From Candidatus Pelearchaeum maunauluense (GTDB lineage: Archaea > Thermoproteota > Nitrososphaeria_A > Caldarchaeales > Caldarchaeaceae), in the NCBI GenBank assembly GCA_030059675.1, contig JANVYQ010000002.1:1-64000 (forward strand): a stretch of 64,000 nt of DNA. Direction: 5' to 3'. The position numbers and the translations under genes are program-made. The notes below the pieces were generated by a model. That model made no database searches, had not been told where the DNA came from, and saw only the letters and a list, made by a program, of their open reading frames with translations. The first letter of the stretch is position 1; the number at the start of each line of letters is the position of its first letter. Below are positions 28,804 through 38,813 of the stretch, one piece after another.

Positions 28804-30243
28804 CTAGCCTGCTGCACGTAGAGCCTCACCCACCATCCTGTCAAGGTCTGAGAGGAAGCGTAGTATTCTCTCTGCAGGTATATCAGCCCCGGCGGCCACG
28901 TTATGCCCGCCGCCTCTGCCTCCATACTCACCAGCTAGTTTGGAGAGTATAGCGCCCAAATCAAGGCCGCGCTCCACAAGCTCGCGCGAAGCACGCGCAG
29001 ATATCTTAACCGCAGCGCCCGCATCAGCTATAGCTATCAAAGGCTTATCACGCGGTAACATTCCAGAAGACGAGAGTATTGAGGCAACAGAGCTTACCTG
29101 GCGTTCATTTATGACCTCACCACCCTTAAGAACGACTATGTTATCCATCTGCTCTATAACGCCTGGCTTGGCTACGTATTCTATGCTCCGCGCCAGTTGG
29201 GCGCGGTAGTTCTCTAATACGCGTTGTGTTTCTTCTAGAACCTCGCCGCGTGCTCCCATGGCTACTGCTATCCCCAGCCAGGCGTTATCTGTCTTCCCGC
29301 ACGCGTTGAGTAGCGTAGCAAACTCACGTCCATCACGGAGATACGTCCAGGGGTCTTCGCGCACAAGCTCATAGACTGTTCCTACAAGCTCGTTGGCTAT
29401 GCTTGAAGGTAGGTTACGTGCAACCAAGTATTCAATTAAGCCGTTAAAGAGCTTCTCTTTCTCCTCGCTGGTTAGGTCTGAGAGCACGCGCCATTGTTCT
29501 CCATTCTTCACGGGTATTCCAAGTGATGTTAGGAAGTTGTAGCACGCGCTTTCTTGGCCTGATAGTCCTGGTATGTATGGGCTGGTGGTGCTTGCTAGTG
29601 CTAGATGCACTGGCCTGAAGTTCCTGCCGTATAGTATGAGATCGTCGTAGGTGGCGAGTAGGCCGTTCTTCACAGCGTCGTCCACGATTAGCGCGTTAAG
29701 CCCTCTGAGGGAGCGTTTGGAGTCCTTATCCTGCAAATCTCCTAGAGCGCCTACTATCGCTATAGGCGAGTAGCTAATGTTCTCTTCGTTCATGGCTTTA
29801 GCGACGAAGTAGGCCACGCCAGATGCGCTTATCTCGGTAGCGCCGTCAAACCCGTGTTGATGCGGATTTACATGAGACCAGCCGTATGGCAGCGCCTCCT
29901 CCGCTGGGGCATGGTGGTCTAGGATTACGATCTCCTTACCGCCTATCCTCCTCTTAAGCTCAGGCAGGTAGCCGCTTCCCATATCCGTGAAGAGTATGTA
30001 TTCAGACTCCACATACCCCTCGTCCAATAGCTGGAAGAACTCCTCTATGCGCGGAAGTGAGCGCGCCTTGAAGGCTGCATCCTCGCGGCGCAGCGCTCCA
30101 GCTATTATGCCGCATGAGGACAGCGCATCCGCGTCGTTATGTGTGAAGATATGTATGTAAGCGCCTTCCTTAACCCATTGCCTAATTCTCTCGGCCGCGT
30201 CTTCCACTACTTGCATGAATGATTCTAAGCTACCGCTCAACAT
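28804..30243 (-). CDS. DHH/DHHA1 phosphoesterase (RecJ/Cdc45-like)
   Basis: HNDADA, TDMGSG, LDHH, GALGD, GGGHNVAAG. Confidence 0.9.
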   Translation of the reverse strand: MLSGSLESFMQVVEDAAERIRQWVKEGAYIHIFTHNDADALSSCGIIAGALRREDAAFKARSLPRIEEFFQLLDEGYVESEYILFTDMGSGYLPELKRRIGGKEIVILDHHAPAEEALPYGWSHVNPHQHGFDGATEISASGVAYFVAKAMNEENISYSPIAIVGALGDLQDKDSKRSLRGLNALIVDDAVKNGLLATYDDLILYGRNFRPVHLALASTTSPYIPGLSGQESACYNFLTSLGIPVKNGEQWRVLSDLTSEEKEKLFNGLIEYLVARNLPSSIANELVGTVYELVREDPWTYLRDGREFATLLNACGKTDNAWLGIAVAMGARGEVLEETQRVLENYRAQLARSIEYVAKPGVIEQMDNIVVLKGGEVINERQVSSVASILSSSGMLPRDKPLIAIADAGAAVKISARASRELVERGLDLGAILSKLAGEYGGRGGGHNVAAGADIPAERILRFLSDLDRMVGEALRAAG

Positions 30244-30285
30244 GCATCACGCTCTCCAGCGGTGAGCAGGTCTCCAGTCTCCTAC

Positions 30286-30720
30286 TTATGCGAGCTGGAG
30301 CTCCCAGTTCTGGGGCAGAACGCCTTCCCGCTTATAATACTTCACTAACCGGCTAATCTTAGACTCAACCAGCTGTAGCCTATGAACATTATACCTATCA
30401 GACTTGAAGCGCTTTAGGTGTAGGCGCATACGCCGCGCCCGCTCCAGTAGGCTGGCGAGGTCTTCAGGTATCGGCGGGGCTAGGTTATTCTCCCTAAGTA
30501 TCTGGAGCACGGTCTTTCCTGTTACAGCCTTAACCAGCGGCACGGCATACTGGTCGCGGAGAATTACTCCTATCATGCTTGGTGGGTGCCCCTCTTTTGC
30601 CAGCTTCACGACCAGCGCCTCAACCTCTTCGGGTGTTAGCTTAAACCATGCGGGAGAGATTTTGCTTATCGGCCGCGTAGAGTTGGACTTTCCGCGCTTC
30701 CTAGCGTGCATCCTGGCCAT
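30286..30720 (-). CDS. rps15: 30S ribosomal protein uS15
   Basis: MARMHARKRGKS, IGVILRDQY, ESKISRLVKYY. Confidence 0.96.
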   Translation of the reverse strand: MARMHARKRGKSNSTRPISKISPAWFKLTPEEVEALVVKLAKEGHPPSMIGVILRDQYAVPLVKAVTGKTVLQILRENNLAPPIPEDLASLLERARRMRLHLKRFKSDRYNVHRLQLVESKISRLVKYYKREGVLPQNWELQLA

Positions 30721-30755
30721 GTCTTCAGACCTGCTAGGGCTTCTGGCGGGGCTGA

Positions 30756-30763
30756 TTTATAAA
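30756..30763 (-). promoter_or_regulatory. Putative TATA box of rps15
   Basis: TTTATAAA 35 nt upstream of the ATG. Confidence 0.6.
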
Positions 30764-30792
30764 GGTCGTGCCGTCCAACATAGGGATTAACG

Positions 30793-31347
30793 CTACCTCG
30801 GCTCTTGGAGCCATGCTATGAGCTTGCGGGCAGCCCTGCCGCGGTGGCTCACGACGTTCTTCTCGCTACACCCCATCTCTGCAAACGTCTCGTCCCTACC
30901 CTCTGGTATGAATATTGGGTCAAAGCCGAAGCCGCTTGAGCCACGTGGCTTGTCAGCGATACGGCCACGACACTCTCCGCGGAATACGCGCATACCATGC
31001 TCAGGGCTGTAGAAGGCTATCACAGACTCAAACCTAGCGTCGCGCGGCCTGCCAGCAACTAGGCGGAGAAGACCATCAACACCTATGGTTCTATAGGCGT
31101 AAGACGAGTATGGGCCTGGAAAGCCGTTTAGAACCTCTACGAATAGGCCAGCATCTTCTACGATGACGGGCTTCTTTAGTATATTATAGGCTTGTAGGCA
31201 GCTGAAGACAGCTATCTCCTCTAGGCTGTCTGCCTGAATCTCAACGGTTCTCAGCGGCTCTACTTCCAGCTCAAGCCCATGCTGCCGGAAGAGTTGCTGG
31301 AACTCCCGCGCCTTACCCGGGTTTGAGCTTACCAAGACAGGCTTCAA
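30793..31347 (-). CDS. rdgB: Non-canonical purine NTP pyrophosphatase (RdgB/HAM1)
   Basis: SSNPGK, EDAGL, GFPGPYS, GFGFDPIF, SHRG. Confidence 0.94.
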   Translation of the reverse strand: MKPVLVSSNPGKAREFQQLFRQHGLELEVEPLRTVEIQADSLEEIAVFSCLQAYNILKKPVIVEDAGLFVEVLNGFPGPYSSYAYRTIGVDGLLRLVAGRPRDARFESVIAFYSPEHGMRVFRGECRGRIADKPRGSSGFGFDPIFIPEGRDETFAEMGCSEKNVVSHRGRAARKLIAWLQEPR

Positions 31348-32009
31348 GCCCTTTCTCTCACCACATACCTACCGCGCATCCTTATCTCCCTCACCTTCTC
31401 CAAAACCCTACCAGCATACTCCAGCCCCACCACAGAGCTGTAGCCGCGCATGAAACTAGCCATGAATGCCTTGCGTAGGTTGGGGTACGTGCTCTCTAAA
31501 GACCGCTCCAACAGATGGATATCTACGGCATAGTCCTCCATGTCTTGCGTGAAGGAGCTTAAGCCGAAGTCCGCTATCCAAGGGCTATGCAGTTCATCTA
31601 TTATTATGTTGGAGAGTGTTAGGTCGCCGTGTGCTATTCCGTCGCTATGCATCTGCGCGGTTATCCTGCCCAGCTTCTCTGCAACATCCCCAACTCGGTG
31701 TAGCTCCGCGCTGGAGAGGTATGAGCGTAGCTCCACCCCCATTATGCGCTGCATGTAAAGAGATGAGCTGGCCAGGTCTATGAAGAAGATTACCGGAACA
31801 GGAACCCCTATACCATGAAGCCGCCTAATTATACGAGCTTCATGCGCTGTTCTCTGCCGCCTTATCTGCTCATCTATCTCCCTACGCCTATAGCGTTTAG
31901 GCGCCCTCTGTTTCAGAACCAGCTCCCTGCCACGCCACTTTACTGCCTTGACGACAGACTCGGCTGCTATTCGTATGATGTCCAGCTCCTCAAAGTCTAG
32001 GGACTCCAG
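31344..32009 (-). CDS. bud32: KEOPS kinase Bud32, probable CTG start
   Basis: [13 protein letters not shown] and AVDIHLL. The frame extends upstream through [22 protein letters not shown] and GVPVP to CTG 32009, preceded by SD GAGGTGGA and in-frame TGA TGA. Confidence 0.9.
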   Translation of the reverse strand: MESLDFEELDIIRIAAESVVKAVKWRGRELVLKQRAPKRYRRREIDEQIRRQRTAHEARIIRRLHGIGVPVPVIFFIDLASSSLYMQRIMGVELRSYLSSAELHRVGDVAEKLGRITAQMHSDGIAHGDLTLSNIIIDELHSPWIADFGLSSFTQDMEDYAVDIHLLERSLESTYPNLRKAFMASFMRGYSSVVGLEYAGRVLEKVREIRMRGRYVVRERA

Positions 32010-32983
32010 CGCACATCCACCTCATCAATACGCGCCCGCGGCCTAACACGGCTCTCCTCCAGGCTTATCGTCATGCCTGCCGTGTAGTAGAGTAGCCCGG
32101 TCCAGGCTATCATGGCGCCGTTATCGCCTGCATACTCGTCTGGAACTATGTGTAGCTTCGCCTGATGGTCTTCGCACATCAGCCTTATCATCTCAACGAG
32201 TCGCCTGCTCCTGGCTAAGCCGCCCACGAGGAGAATCTCACGCTTCTCCAAATATGCTAACGCTCGTTCAAGGACCTCCACGAGCATGCTATACACGGTC
32301 TCGGTTATGCTGAGCGCGGCATCAGCCACCGCTGCGCCCTCCTCCAGAAGACGCTCTGCTGCTGTCAGCAGCCCTGAGAAGGATACATCCATCCCCTTAA
32401 CCTTATAAGGGAGGCTGTGTATCTTCTTCCCTTCCCGCGCGATTATTTCTGGCTGGGGCATAGGGCCTATTCCAGCGGTTATGCCGAAGGAGTCTAGACA
32501 GTTTCCAGCAGCTATGTCCAGCGTTTCCCCCAGTATCCTATACCGCCCCTCCACCAGGGCTGTTATGAGCGTATTCCCACCAGCTACATAGAGGACAACA
32601 GGGTCGCGGCAGCCAGTGGCTAGCTTACCAACCTCAATATGCGCTATGCTGTGATTAACCCCCACCAGCGGTTTGCCTAGTGTTGCCGCTATAGCCCTCG
32701 CCACAGTTGCGCCTGTCCTTAAGCATGGCCCCATCCCAGGGCCTATGGAGAACGCTACGACGTCAATATCGCTGGGTTTGAGTCTTGCTTTCTCTAATGC
32801 TTCCCTAACCACCTCAAGTGCGTGTTTAGCATGGTGCTGCGACGCCTCGCGCGGGTGTATCCCTCCTTTCTCAGGCTTATACACCCGCATGGCGTTGGAG
32901 AGTATGCTCCCATCTGACCGCGCTACCCCGACGCCGAATGTATGCGCCGTTGATTCTATGCCAAGGCAGACGACATGCCCCAA
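31997..32983 (-). CDS. kae1: tRNA t6A biosynthesis protein Kae1/TsaD
   Basis: [49 protein letters not shown] start at 32983. Confidence 0.95.
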   Translation of the reverse strand: MGHVVCLGIESTAHTFGVGVARSDGSILSNAMRVYKPEKGGIHPREASQHHAKHALEVVREALEKARLKPSDIDVVAFSIGPGMGPCLRTGATVARAIAATLGKPLVGVNHSIAHIEVGKLATGCRDPVVLYVAGGNTLITALVEGRYRILGETLDIAAGNCLDSFGITAGIGPMPQPEIIAREGKKIHSLPYKVKGMDVSFSGLLTAAERLLEEGAAVADAALSITETVYSMLVEVLERALAYLEKREILLVGGLARSRRLVEMIRLMCEDHQAKLHIVPDEYAGDNGAMIAWTGLLYYTAGMTISLEESRVRPRARIDEVDVRWSP

Positions 32984-33083
32984 GGAGATGCCCCTTCCAA
33001 GAACGCTAGAACAGCTGAGGGAAGGTATTAGTGTTGCGAGTAGAGATGGGCCCGGTAGAGGAGAAGACGAGAGGCGCCTGGAT

Positions 33084-34859
33084 ATGCGGCTCAGACAGCC
33101 GATAGTCGTGGTTCTAGGCCACGTAGACCATGGAAAGACATCTTTACTTGACACTATGCGCGGGACCGTAGTAGCTGCACGTGAGGCTGGCGGGATTACG
33201 CAGCATATAGGCGCTAGCCTATTCCCCCTAGATGCGATAGTGGAGACGTGTAAGATTCTCTTGGGTGAGGTGAGGGCGCGTCTTGAGATTCCAGGCCTGC
33301 TCTTCATAGACACGCCAGGCCACGCGGCCTTCTCTAACCTCAGGAGGAGGGGAGGATCGGTAGCTGACATGGCTATACTGGTGGTGGATATAACGAAGGG
33401 GGTTCAAGAGCAGACGAAGGAGAGCATACACCTCCTAAGAAGCAGAAAGACACCATTCGTAGTTGCTGCCAACAAGATAGACATGATACCTGGATGGAAA
33501 CCAAACCCAGGAGCACCCTTCAAGCAGACGTTTGAGAAGCAAGCAGCGGGAGTACGCGAAGATCTGGAGAACAGGATATACACGCTCATGGGAGACCTAT
33601 CGTTCTTCGGCTTCCGCGCAGACCTCTATACACGCGTAACCTCCTTCGCCACAACTCTTGCCATAGTCCCTGTGAGCGCCAAGACTGGCGAGGGAGTGGC
33701 AGATTTGCTACTCATACTCCTAGGCCTGGCACAGCAGTTCATGAAGGAGCAGATAGCGTATCACGACGGCCCAGGCCAGGGAGTTATCCTAGAGCTGGTG
33801 GAGGAGGAAGGGCTTGGGGTTACTGCAAACGTCATACTGCATGACGGGGTTATCAAGGTTGGCGATAAGGTTGCATACGTTGGGCGTGAGGGGCCTGCGG
33901 TAACTAGGGTTAGGGCGTTGTTGATGCCCAAGCCCCTTGACGAGATGCGCGACCCGTGCGATAGGTTTAGGCATGCCGAAGAAGTTAGAGCTGCGGCTGG
34001 GGTTAAGCTTGTTGCCGACGAGCTGGATAAGGCTATTCCAGGCTCGCCTATACAGGCTGTCGCTGGTGATAATGTTGAGGAGGCTTTAGCTCGTGTTGGT
34101 GAGGAGCTTGGCGATTTCATGGTGAGGACGGATAAGACTGGGGTGGTGCTTAAGGCAGATACCTTAGGCTCGCTTGAGGCTGCGGTAGCTTATCTACGCG
34201 AGCGCGGTGTTCAGATAAGGTTTGCAGACATAGGTGATGTGGTGAAGAAGGATGTTGTGGAGGCCGGGGTGGTGAGGCAGAAAGACGAGCTGAGCGGCGT
34301 AATCTTAGCCTTCAACGTGAGAGTTGACCCAGACATAGAGCGCGACGCCAAAAGTAGGGGGATAAGAATATTCAAGGCTGATGTACTATTCAGGCTTGCA
34401 GAGGATTATCTCAACTGGGTAGACGAGCAGACGCGAATGCGGCAGTTAGCTGAGTTCAGCTCTCTCGTGAAGCCTGGTAAGATTAAGGTGTTGAAGGGGT
34501 TTGTGTTTAGGAGAAGCAATCCCGCTATCTTCGGTGTAGAGGTCTTGGGAGGTGTGATAAAGCCTGGCGATAAGCTGGTCAATAAGAGCGGCAAGACGGT
34601 AGGCTCTATTGCGCAGATACAGGATAAGGGTGTGGCGGTATCAGAGGCGCATAAGGGTGCTCAGGTGGCTGTGTCTGTGAGGGAGGCGGTTATGGGTAGG
34701 CACATCCACGAGGACGAGATACTATACGTGGCCGTCCCAGAGCGCGACGCTAGGCAGCTCATCCAAAACTACCCCCACATGCTTGATGAAGACGCCCGCA
34801 AGGCTCTTGACGAGCTTATCGAGATAATGCGCGCCTCAAACCCGCTCTGGGCTAGATAA
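33084..34859 (+). CDS. infB: Translation initiation factor aIF5B (IF-2)
   Basis: [47 protein letters not shown]. Confidence 0.96.
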   Translation: MRLRQPIVVVLGHVDHGKTSLLDTMRGTVVAAREAGGITQHIGASLFPLDAIVETCKILLGEVRARLEIPGLLFIDTPGHAAFSNLRRRGGSVADMAILVVDITKGVQEQTKESIHLLRSRKTPFVVAANKIDMIPGWKPNPGAPFKQTFEKQAAGVREDLENRIYTLMGDLSFFGFRADLYTRVTSFATTLAIVPVSAKTGEGVADLLLILLGLAQQFMKEQIAYHDGPGQGVILELVEEEGLGVTANVILHDGVIKVGDKVAYVGREGPAVTRVRALLMPKPLDEMRDPCDRFRHAEEVRAAAGVKLVADELDKAIPGSPIQAVAGDNVEEALARVGEELGDFMVRTDKTGVVLKADTLGSLEAAVAYLRERGVQIRFADIGDVVKKDVVEAGVVRQKDELSGVILAFNVRVDPDIERDAKSRGIRIFKADVLFRLAEDYLNWVDEQTRMRQLAEFSSLVKPGKIKVLKGFVFRRSNPAIFGVEVLGGVIKPGDKLVNKSGKTVGSIAQIQDKGVAVSEAHKGAQVAVSVREAVMGRHIHEDEILYVAVPERDARQLIQNYPHMLDEDARKALDELIEIMRASNPLWAR

Positions 34860-34897
34860 ACGGAGGCGCAGCGATGGCCCTGGCTGGCGGGTCATGA

Positions 34898-34905
34898 TTT
34901 ATAAA
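34898..34905 (+). promoter_or_regulatory. Putative TATA box of rps6e
   Basis: TTTATAAA 33 nt upstream of the ATG. Confidence 0.6.
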
Positions 34906-34938
34906 TTCGCCTGAGTTTGGCGTTGGAAGGGTTGTTGG

Positions 34939-35358
34939 ATGTCTCAGAAGACTGCCGCCGCTCCGCGGATGGTCGTGTCAGACCCGTCTACGGGGAAGGC
35001 TCAGACGGTCCAGCTTAACCCACAGCAGATGAGCCTGTTGGTGGGTAAGAGGATAGGCGAGATCATAGACGGAGCTCCCTTCGGCTTTAAGGGGGTCGTG
35101 CTCAAGATAACTGGTGGAACAGACCGCGATGGCATCCCGATGAGGCCAGACGTATCAGGGCCGCGTAAGGTTCGTGTCCTACTCTCTGGAGGGGTGGGCC
35201 TCCACCCGCGGGAGAAGAGGCCATCAAAGAGGAAGAAGAAACGTGCCAGAAGGCTTGTTAAAGGTCTGCGTAAGCGTGTAACCATTAGGGGTAATACGAT
35301 AAGCGGGGCGATAGCGCAGATTAACGTGGTGATGTTGTCCAAGGAGGGAGGTGGTTAG
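34939..35358 (+). CDS. rps6e: 30S ribosomal protein eS6
   Basis: VSDPSTGK, KITGGTDRDGIPMRPDV, RGNTI...QIN. Confidence 0.95.
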   Translation: MSQKTAAAPRMVVSDPSTGKAQTVQLNPQQMSLLVGKRIGEIIDGAPFGFKGVVLKITGGTDRDGIPMRPDVSGPRKVRVLLSGGVGLHPREKRPSKRKKKRARRLVKGLRKRVTIRGNTISGAIAQINVVMLSKEGGG

Positions 35359-35360
35359 GG

Positions 35361-35645
35361 TTGGTTAATTTTATTGAGGCGGGCCAGGTGTATAACAGGC
35401 TGATTAAGAGGCATGAGTTTAAGGCTGTCGTAGAGTATGAAGCAAGCCCGCCGACGCGGAAGGAGATGGCACAGGCAATAGCCCAGCGCTTCAACGTCCC
35501 AGAGAATAGGGTCGTGATAGTTAATATGCGGTGCATGTTCGGGGCTAGGAAGATGCGTGTCCATAGCCACGTATACGATAACGAGGAGGATGTGAAGAGG
35601 TTTGAGCGCGAGTATATACTGAAGAGGAATGGGCTGGTGCAGTAG
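35361..35645 (+). CDS. rps24e: 30S ribosomal protein eS24
   Basis: [28 protein letters not shown]. Confidence 0.88.
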   Translation: MVNFIEAGQVYNRLIKRHEFKAVVEYEASPPTRKEMAQAIAQRFNVPENRVVIVNMRCMFGARKMRVHSHVYDNEEDVKRFEREYILKRNGLVQ

Positions 35646-35647
35646 GT

Positions 35648-35809
35648 ATGGGTAAATCGGAGCTTTGGAAGAAATACGCGGTGAAGGATGGTAAGACTGA
35701 GAGGAAGCTGGTCAACTGCCCGCGCTGCGGTATAGGCTACTTCATGGCAGACCACGGAGACCGCTACGCCTGCGGTAGGTGCGGATATACGCAGTTCAAA
35801 CAGGGGTAG
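35648..35809 (+). CDS. rps27ae: 30S ribosomal protein eS31 (S27ae; not in ORF track)
   Basis: Manual translation [53 protein letters not shown]. Confidence 0.95.
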   Translation: MGKSELWKKYAVKDGKTERKLVNCPRCGIGYFMADHGDRYACGRCGYTQFKQG

Positions 35810-36347
35810 CCCTAGCCAGCAACTCGCGTGCCTTCTCTCTAGTCTTCTCAGAAGCCCAAACTAGGACGCATCCCTTCTTAGGCTGGCCATAAGCCAGAAC
35901 TCCACCATCGCTTAAAGCTAGTATCGCGGGAAGTGCTAGTAGGTCTTCTTCCCCATCAACGAGGATAGCAACACTCCTACGCGCCTCAACAGCATCCATA
36001 ACCGCTTCAGCGGCTTCAGGAATTATAACACCAGCAGGATTCTTGACGTTTCTAACCTCGTATCCCCCAAGCTCATGCTTCCCGCCGAAGACACGACGCT
36101 CATATCTGCCATCTATTATTATAACGTCGGGCTTGACACCATGATTGACTAGGCTGCTGGAGGTTACATCACCTACAGCAACAACCATGGTTGGCTTGGA
36201 GCGTTTTATCTCCTCGGCAGCTCGTTTAGATGAGCTCTCCAAATCTCCCGCGATTAATGTTCCGAGGGGCTGGCGTAGTCTCTCCTTTAGCTCCTCAGAG
36301 AAGTATAAGGGCCTGCTGAAGATTTGCCTATCCGACTTTGACGGCAT
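35796..36347 (-). CDS. GTP-dependent dephospho-CoA kinase (DUF359)
   Basis: [29 protein letters not shown]. Confidence 0.88.
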   Translation of the reverse strand: MPSKSDRQIFSRPLYFSEELKERLRQPLGTLIAGDLESSSKRAAEEIKRSKPTMVVAVGDVTSSSLVNHGVKPDVIIIDGRYERRVFGGKHELGGYEVRNVKNPAGVIIPEAAEAVMDAVEARRSVAILVDGEEDLLALPAILALSDGGVLAYGQPKKGCVLVWASEKTREKARELLARATPV

Positions 36348-36528
36348 AGTGGCCTGGCTTCTTAATCTCCAGCGTCTCAGCTATCTTTGACTCCTCAGGA
36401 AGTAAAGCTATGAAGAGCCCCTGGAAGTTTGTTGTCAGGCTTGTTGAACCACAGTTATCGCATACGTTGCCAGATACTATCTTTCTACAATTCCTACAAG
36501 CGCGCTCGCGCGAGGACACAAGCAACAC
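36328..36528 (-). CDS. spt4: Transcription elongation factor Spt4 (RpoE'')
   Basis: ACRNC...[17 protein letters not shown]. Confidence 0.93.
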   Translation of the reverse strand: MLLVSSRERACRNCRKIVSGNVCDNCGSTSLTTNFQGLFIALLPEESKIAETLEIKKPGHYAVKVG

Positions 36529-36588
36529 CTCACACTATATCTTCCCACAAACTAAAACAATCCTCTACTCTATTAACCTAAAACAACA

Positions 36589-36915
36589 CTAATATATTGT
36601 CTGGTCTCTTGATCTCGTCAGCGCAGTAGAAGCCCTACCCACTATTGTGACCTTTATGTTATACATCGTTGCCAGCTTGCTCGCCTGCTCCGTTATGCCT
36701 GGAACCTTAAGCTCGGCCTCCCTAATCCCCACATCAAGCATCTTTAGATAAAGTCGGAGAATATCATTCTCATCTGCCTCATATTCAAGCTGGTCAATAA
36801 CCCTCATATCGTTCCCAACGCTAACTATCTCTGTGAATTCATGGACTATCCCCGACCGGCCTACTAGAGTAGGCAATAACCCCCACCTGTTTTCTTGCGT
36901 CAAAACTGTACGCAC
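36589..36915 (-). CDS. Hypothetical protein, restriction-endonuclease-fold-like domain
   Basis: GRSGIVHEF...LYLKMLDVG...ASKLATMYNI pattern recalls degenerate REase-like archaeal domains. Confidence 0.5.
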   Translation of the reverse strand: MRTVLTQENRWGLLPTLVGRSGIVHEFTEIVSVGNDMRVIDQLEYEADENDILRLYLKMLDVGIREAELKVPGITEQASKLATMYNIKVTIVGRASTALTRSRDQTIY

Positions 36916-36975
36916 CTAGTTGTTTTGCTGGCTTTTATATATTCTTTAATAAGTTAAGTCATAAATATATATAGA

Positions 36976-37770
36976 TTGATGGCTCATAAGGCCCTTAATA
37001 TGACGCCGACACTCAAGAACGCTGGTTTAATGGCGCCTGAGGATGGGGAGGTTTATGAGCTCTTTATAAAGGCGCGCTCTAGGCCAGGTGTTTTGGGCGA
37101 GATAGCAACGCTCCTAGGGCGCTATAACCTAGACATACTGGGCGGCCACCTGCAGGTCCATAACAGGGACTGGGGTGTAATCGCCCTCTACGTGGATGCA
37201 TCCCAGTCGCGAGATGGGCTGGATAAAGTCTTGAAAGAGCTCCGCGGTCTTGATTTCATGATAGAGGTTGACGCAAAAGCGATGAATGAAACATTCTTTG
37301 AGCATTTCTTCTTCCCCATAACGAGTGGAGGGCATTTCAGGATATTCATCATCTCAGCCGATGCGTGGATGGCGCTTGAGGAGATGCTTCACAAGACATT
37401 CGGAACAGCAGCCGCAACATTACTCTACCACAGCGGCGTTGCCCTTGGTAAGAGAATCATAGACGAAATGAGGGAAAGAAAAACTCCTGTCAAGCTAACT
37501 GAAGCGCTACTCCGCGCCAACATAATAGCTATGCTCAGAGCATACGGAATAGGGATGGCAAAGATAGAAGATACAGCCCAGGGCTTCCATGTGGAGATAA
37601 GCGAGCCGATAATGGCTGAATGGGACGGGAAGATAGTCGACTACTTCACGATAGGGATCATGGCGGGCTCTCTAGAGGCTATATACAACGTAAACCTAGT
37701 TGCGCGTGGTGTTAAATATGATTATGCCAAGAGGATTTTATCGTTTGAGTTGGAGAGAAAAACCGCCTAA
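36976..37770 (+). CDS. ACT domain plus V4R-like domain protein
   Basis: RPGVLGEIATLLGRYNLDIL (ACT); FGTAAATLLYHSGVALG, YGIG and FTIGIMAGSLEA (V4R-like). Confidence 0.72.
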   Translation: MMAHKALNMTPTLKNAGLMAPEDGEVYELFIKARSRPGVLGEIATLLGRYNLDILGGHLQVHNRDWGVIALYVDASQSRDGLDKVLKELRGLDFMIEVDAKAMNETFFEHFFFPITSGGHFRIFIISADAWMALEEMLHKTFGTAAATLLYHSGVALGKRIIDEMRERKTPVKLTEALLRANIIAMLRAYGIGMAKIEDTAQGFHVEISEPIMAEWDGKIVDYFTIGIMAGSLEAIYNVNLVARGVKYDYAKRILSFELERKTA

Positions 37771-37783
37771 GCCTGTTGCTGCT

Positions 37784-38341
37784 TTACACAGGCTCAACAG
37801 CCTTCTGCTTCTCCTCCTCTATCCACTCCAGCTTCCCGAGCATAGGCTGCCGCGTAGTCAAGCCTATCTTGCCGCTAGTCCCAGATGATAAAGAGACAAC
37901 AACTATACGCGCCCTAACATCATCACCAACCGTAAGCTTCCTACCAGTCTTCTTACCCATGAGCATGTTATGCTTCTCATCATAGCTTATGTAGTCGTCG
38001 GTTATCTGTGATATGTGTAGAAGACCATCTAGAGGCCCAACGCGTACGAAGCATCCAAACTCTGTTATCTCCACGACCTCCCCCAAGACAACTTCCTGAG
38101 ACTTGGGCAAATACGTTATGAGCTTGAAGGTGCATCTATGGTATGTGGAGCCGTCGCGGGGCAGGAGATAGCCAACGGGGTCGACGTGAGCCTCGGCCAC
38201 CAAGATTACATAGCCCAGCTCCTCATCAATCGTGCCCTCATACTGGCTCTTCAAGTTGTTTATCACTACCTCTTGGAGTGGCTTCCCAAAGTCTTTGGGG
38301 CTCACGCCGACAACATCCTGAACCTCAACGACCATAAACAC
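37784..38341 (-). CDS. rpo7: RNA polymerase subunit Rpo7 (RpoE')
   Basis: DGSTYH, EVVLGEV, FGCFVRVGPLDGLLHISQI, KIGLTTRQP. Confidence 0.95.
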   Translation of the reverse strand: MFMVVEVQDVVGVSPKDFGKPLQEVVINNLKSQYEGTIDEELGYVILVAEAHVDPVGYLLPRDGSTYHRCTFKLITYLPKSQEVVLGEVVEITEFGCFVRVGPLDGLLHISQITDDYISYDEKHNMLMGKKTGRKLTVGDDVRARIVVVSLSSGTSGKIGLTTRQPMLGKLEWIEEEKQKAVEPV

Positions 38342-38419
38342 AGTTACAACACCGTATAGCGGCAGGGCTTGACCTTCTTAAGTATGCTCTCCTGAGCATG
38401 TAGTTTCATAATATAAGCA

Positions 38420-38806
38420 TTAGCGCGGCTCCAAGATTACGCGTGGCCTGCCAGTCTTCGAGAGCGTTACCGCTGGAATACCCTCGCCCCTAAGAGCTTG
38501 GAGAAGCTTGCGGTCAACCGTTAGGACTGGCAAGTTAAGCCTGCGGGCAGACTCCATCAACGCATCATCGGCGCTCTTGCTTGGCTCATTCTCCACCACG
38601 CCAGCCTGCGACGCCAGCTTAAGCGCGACACGCGCAAGCCGCCCCAGCCTCCCCCTACGGCCAGAAAGGCTCCTAAGCTCGTCCAACACAGCTTGGGGAA
38701 CAAGCAGCTCGACACACTCACCTAGATAATCCTCCAAGACGGCCACAAAATCACGCCCAACATCAGCGCAGAGAATAAAAAAACTACTATCTACGAGGAG
38801 CTTCAA
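38420..38806 (-). CDS. PIN-domain protein (Fcf1/Utp24-like)
   Basis: LLVDSSF, VLDEL, ADDAL, LTVDRKL; canonical position between aIF2-gamma and rpo7. Confidence 0.85.
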   Translation of the reverse strand: MKLLVDSSFFILCADVGRDFVAVLEDYLGECVELLVPQAVLDELRSLSGRRGRLGRLARVALKLASQAGVVENEPSKSADDALMESARRLNLPVLTVDRKLLQALRGEGIPAVTLSKTGRPRVILEPR

Positions 38807-38813
38807 CCCCCTC

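Noticed and set aside
31997-32030. Kae1-Bud32 fusion by ribosomal frameshifting
   Set aside because: bud32 is in the -1 frame and there is no X XXY YYZ slippery site in the short shared window. SD plus CTG is the simpler explanation, though fusion is not formally excluded.
32673-33370. Long overlapping N-terminal extensions of the aIF5B and Kae1 ORFs
   Set aside because: Each extension is antisense read-through of the other gene; homology begins at 33084 (infB) and 32983 (kae1).
35648-35809. Ubiquitin-fused eS31
   Set aside because: The ORF is 53 aa and starts directly after rps24e, with no ubiquitin-like domain.
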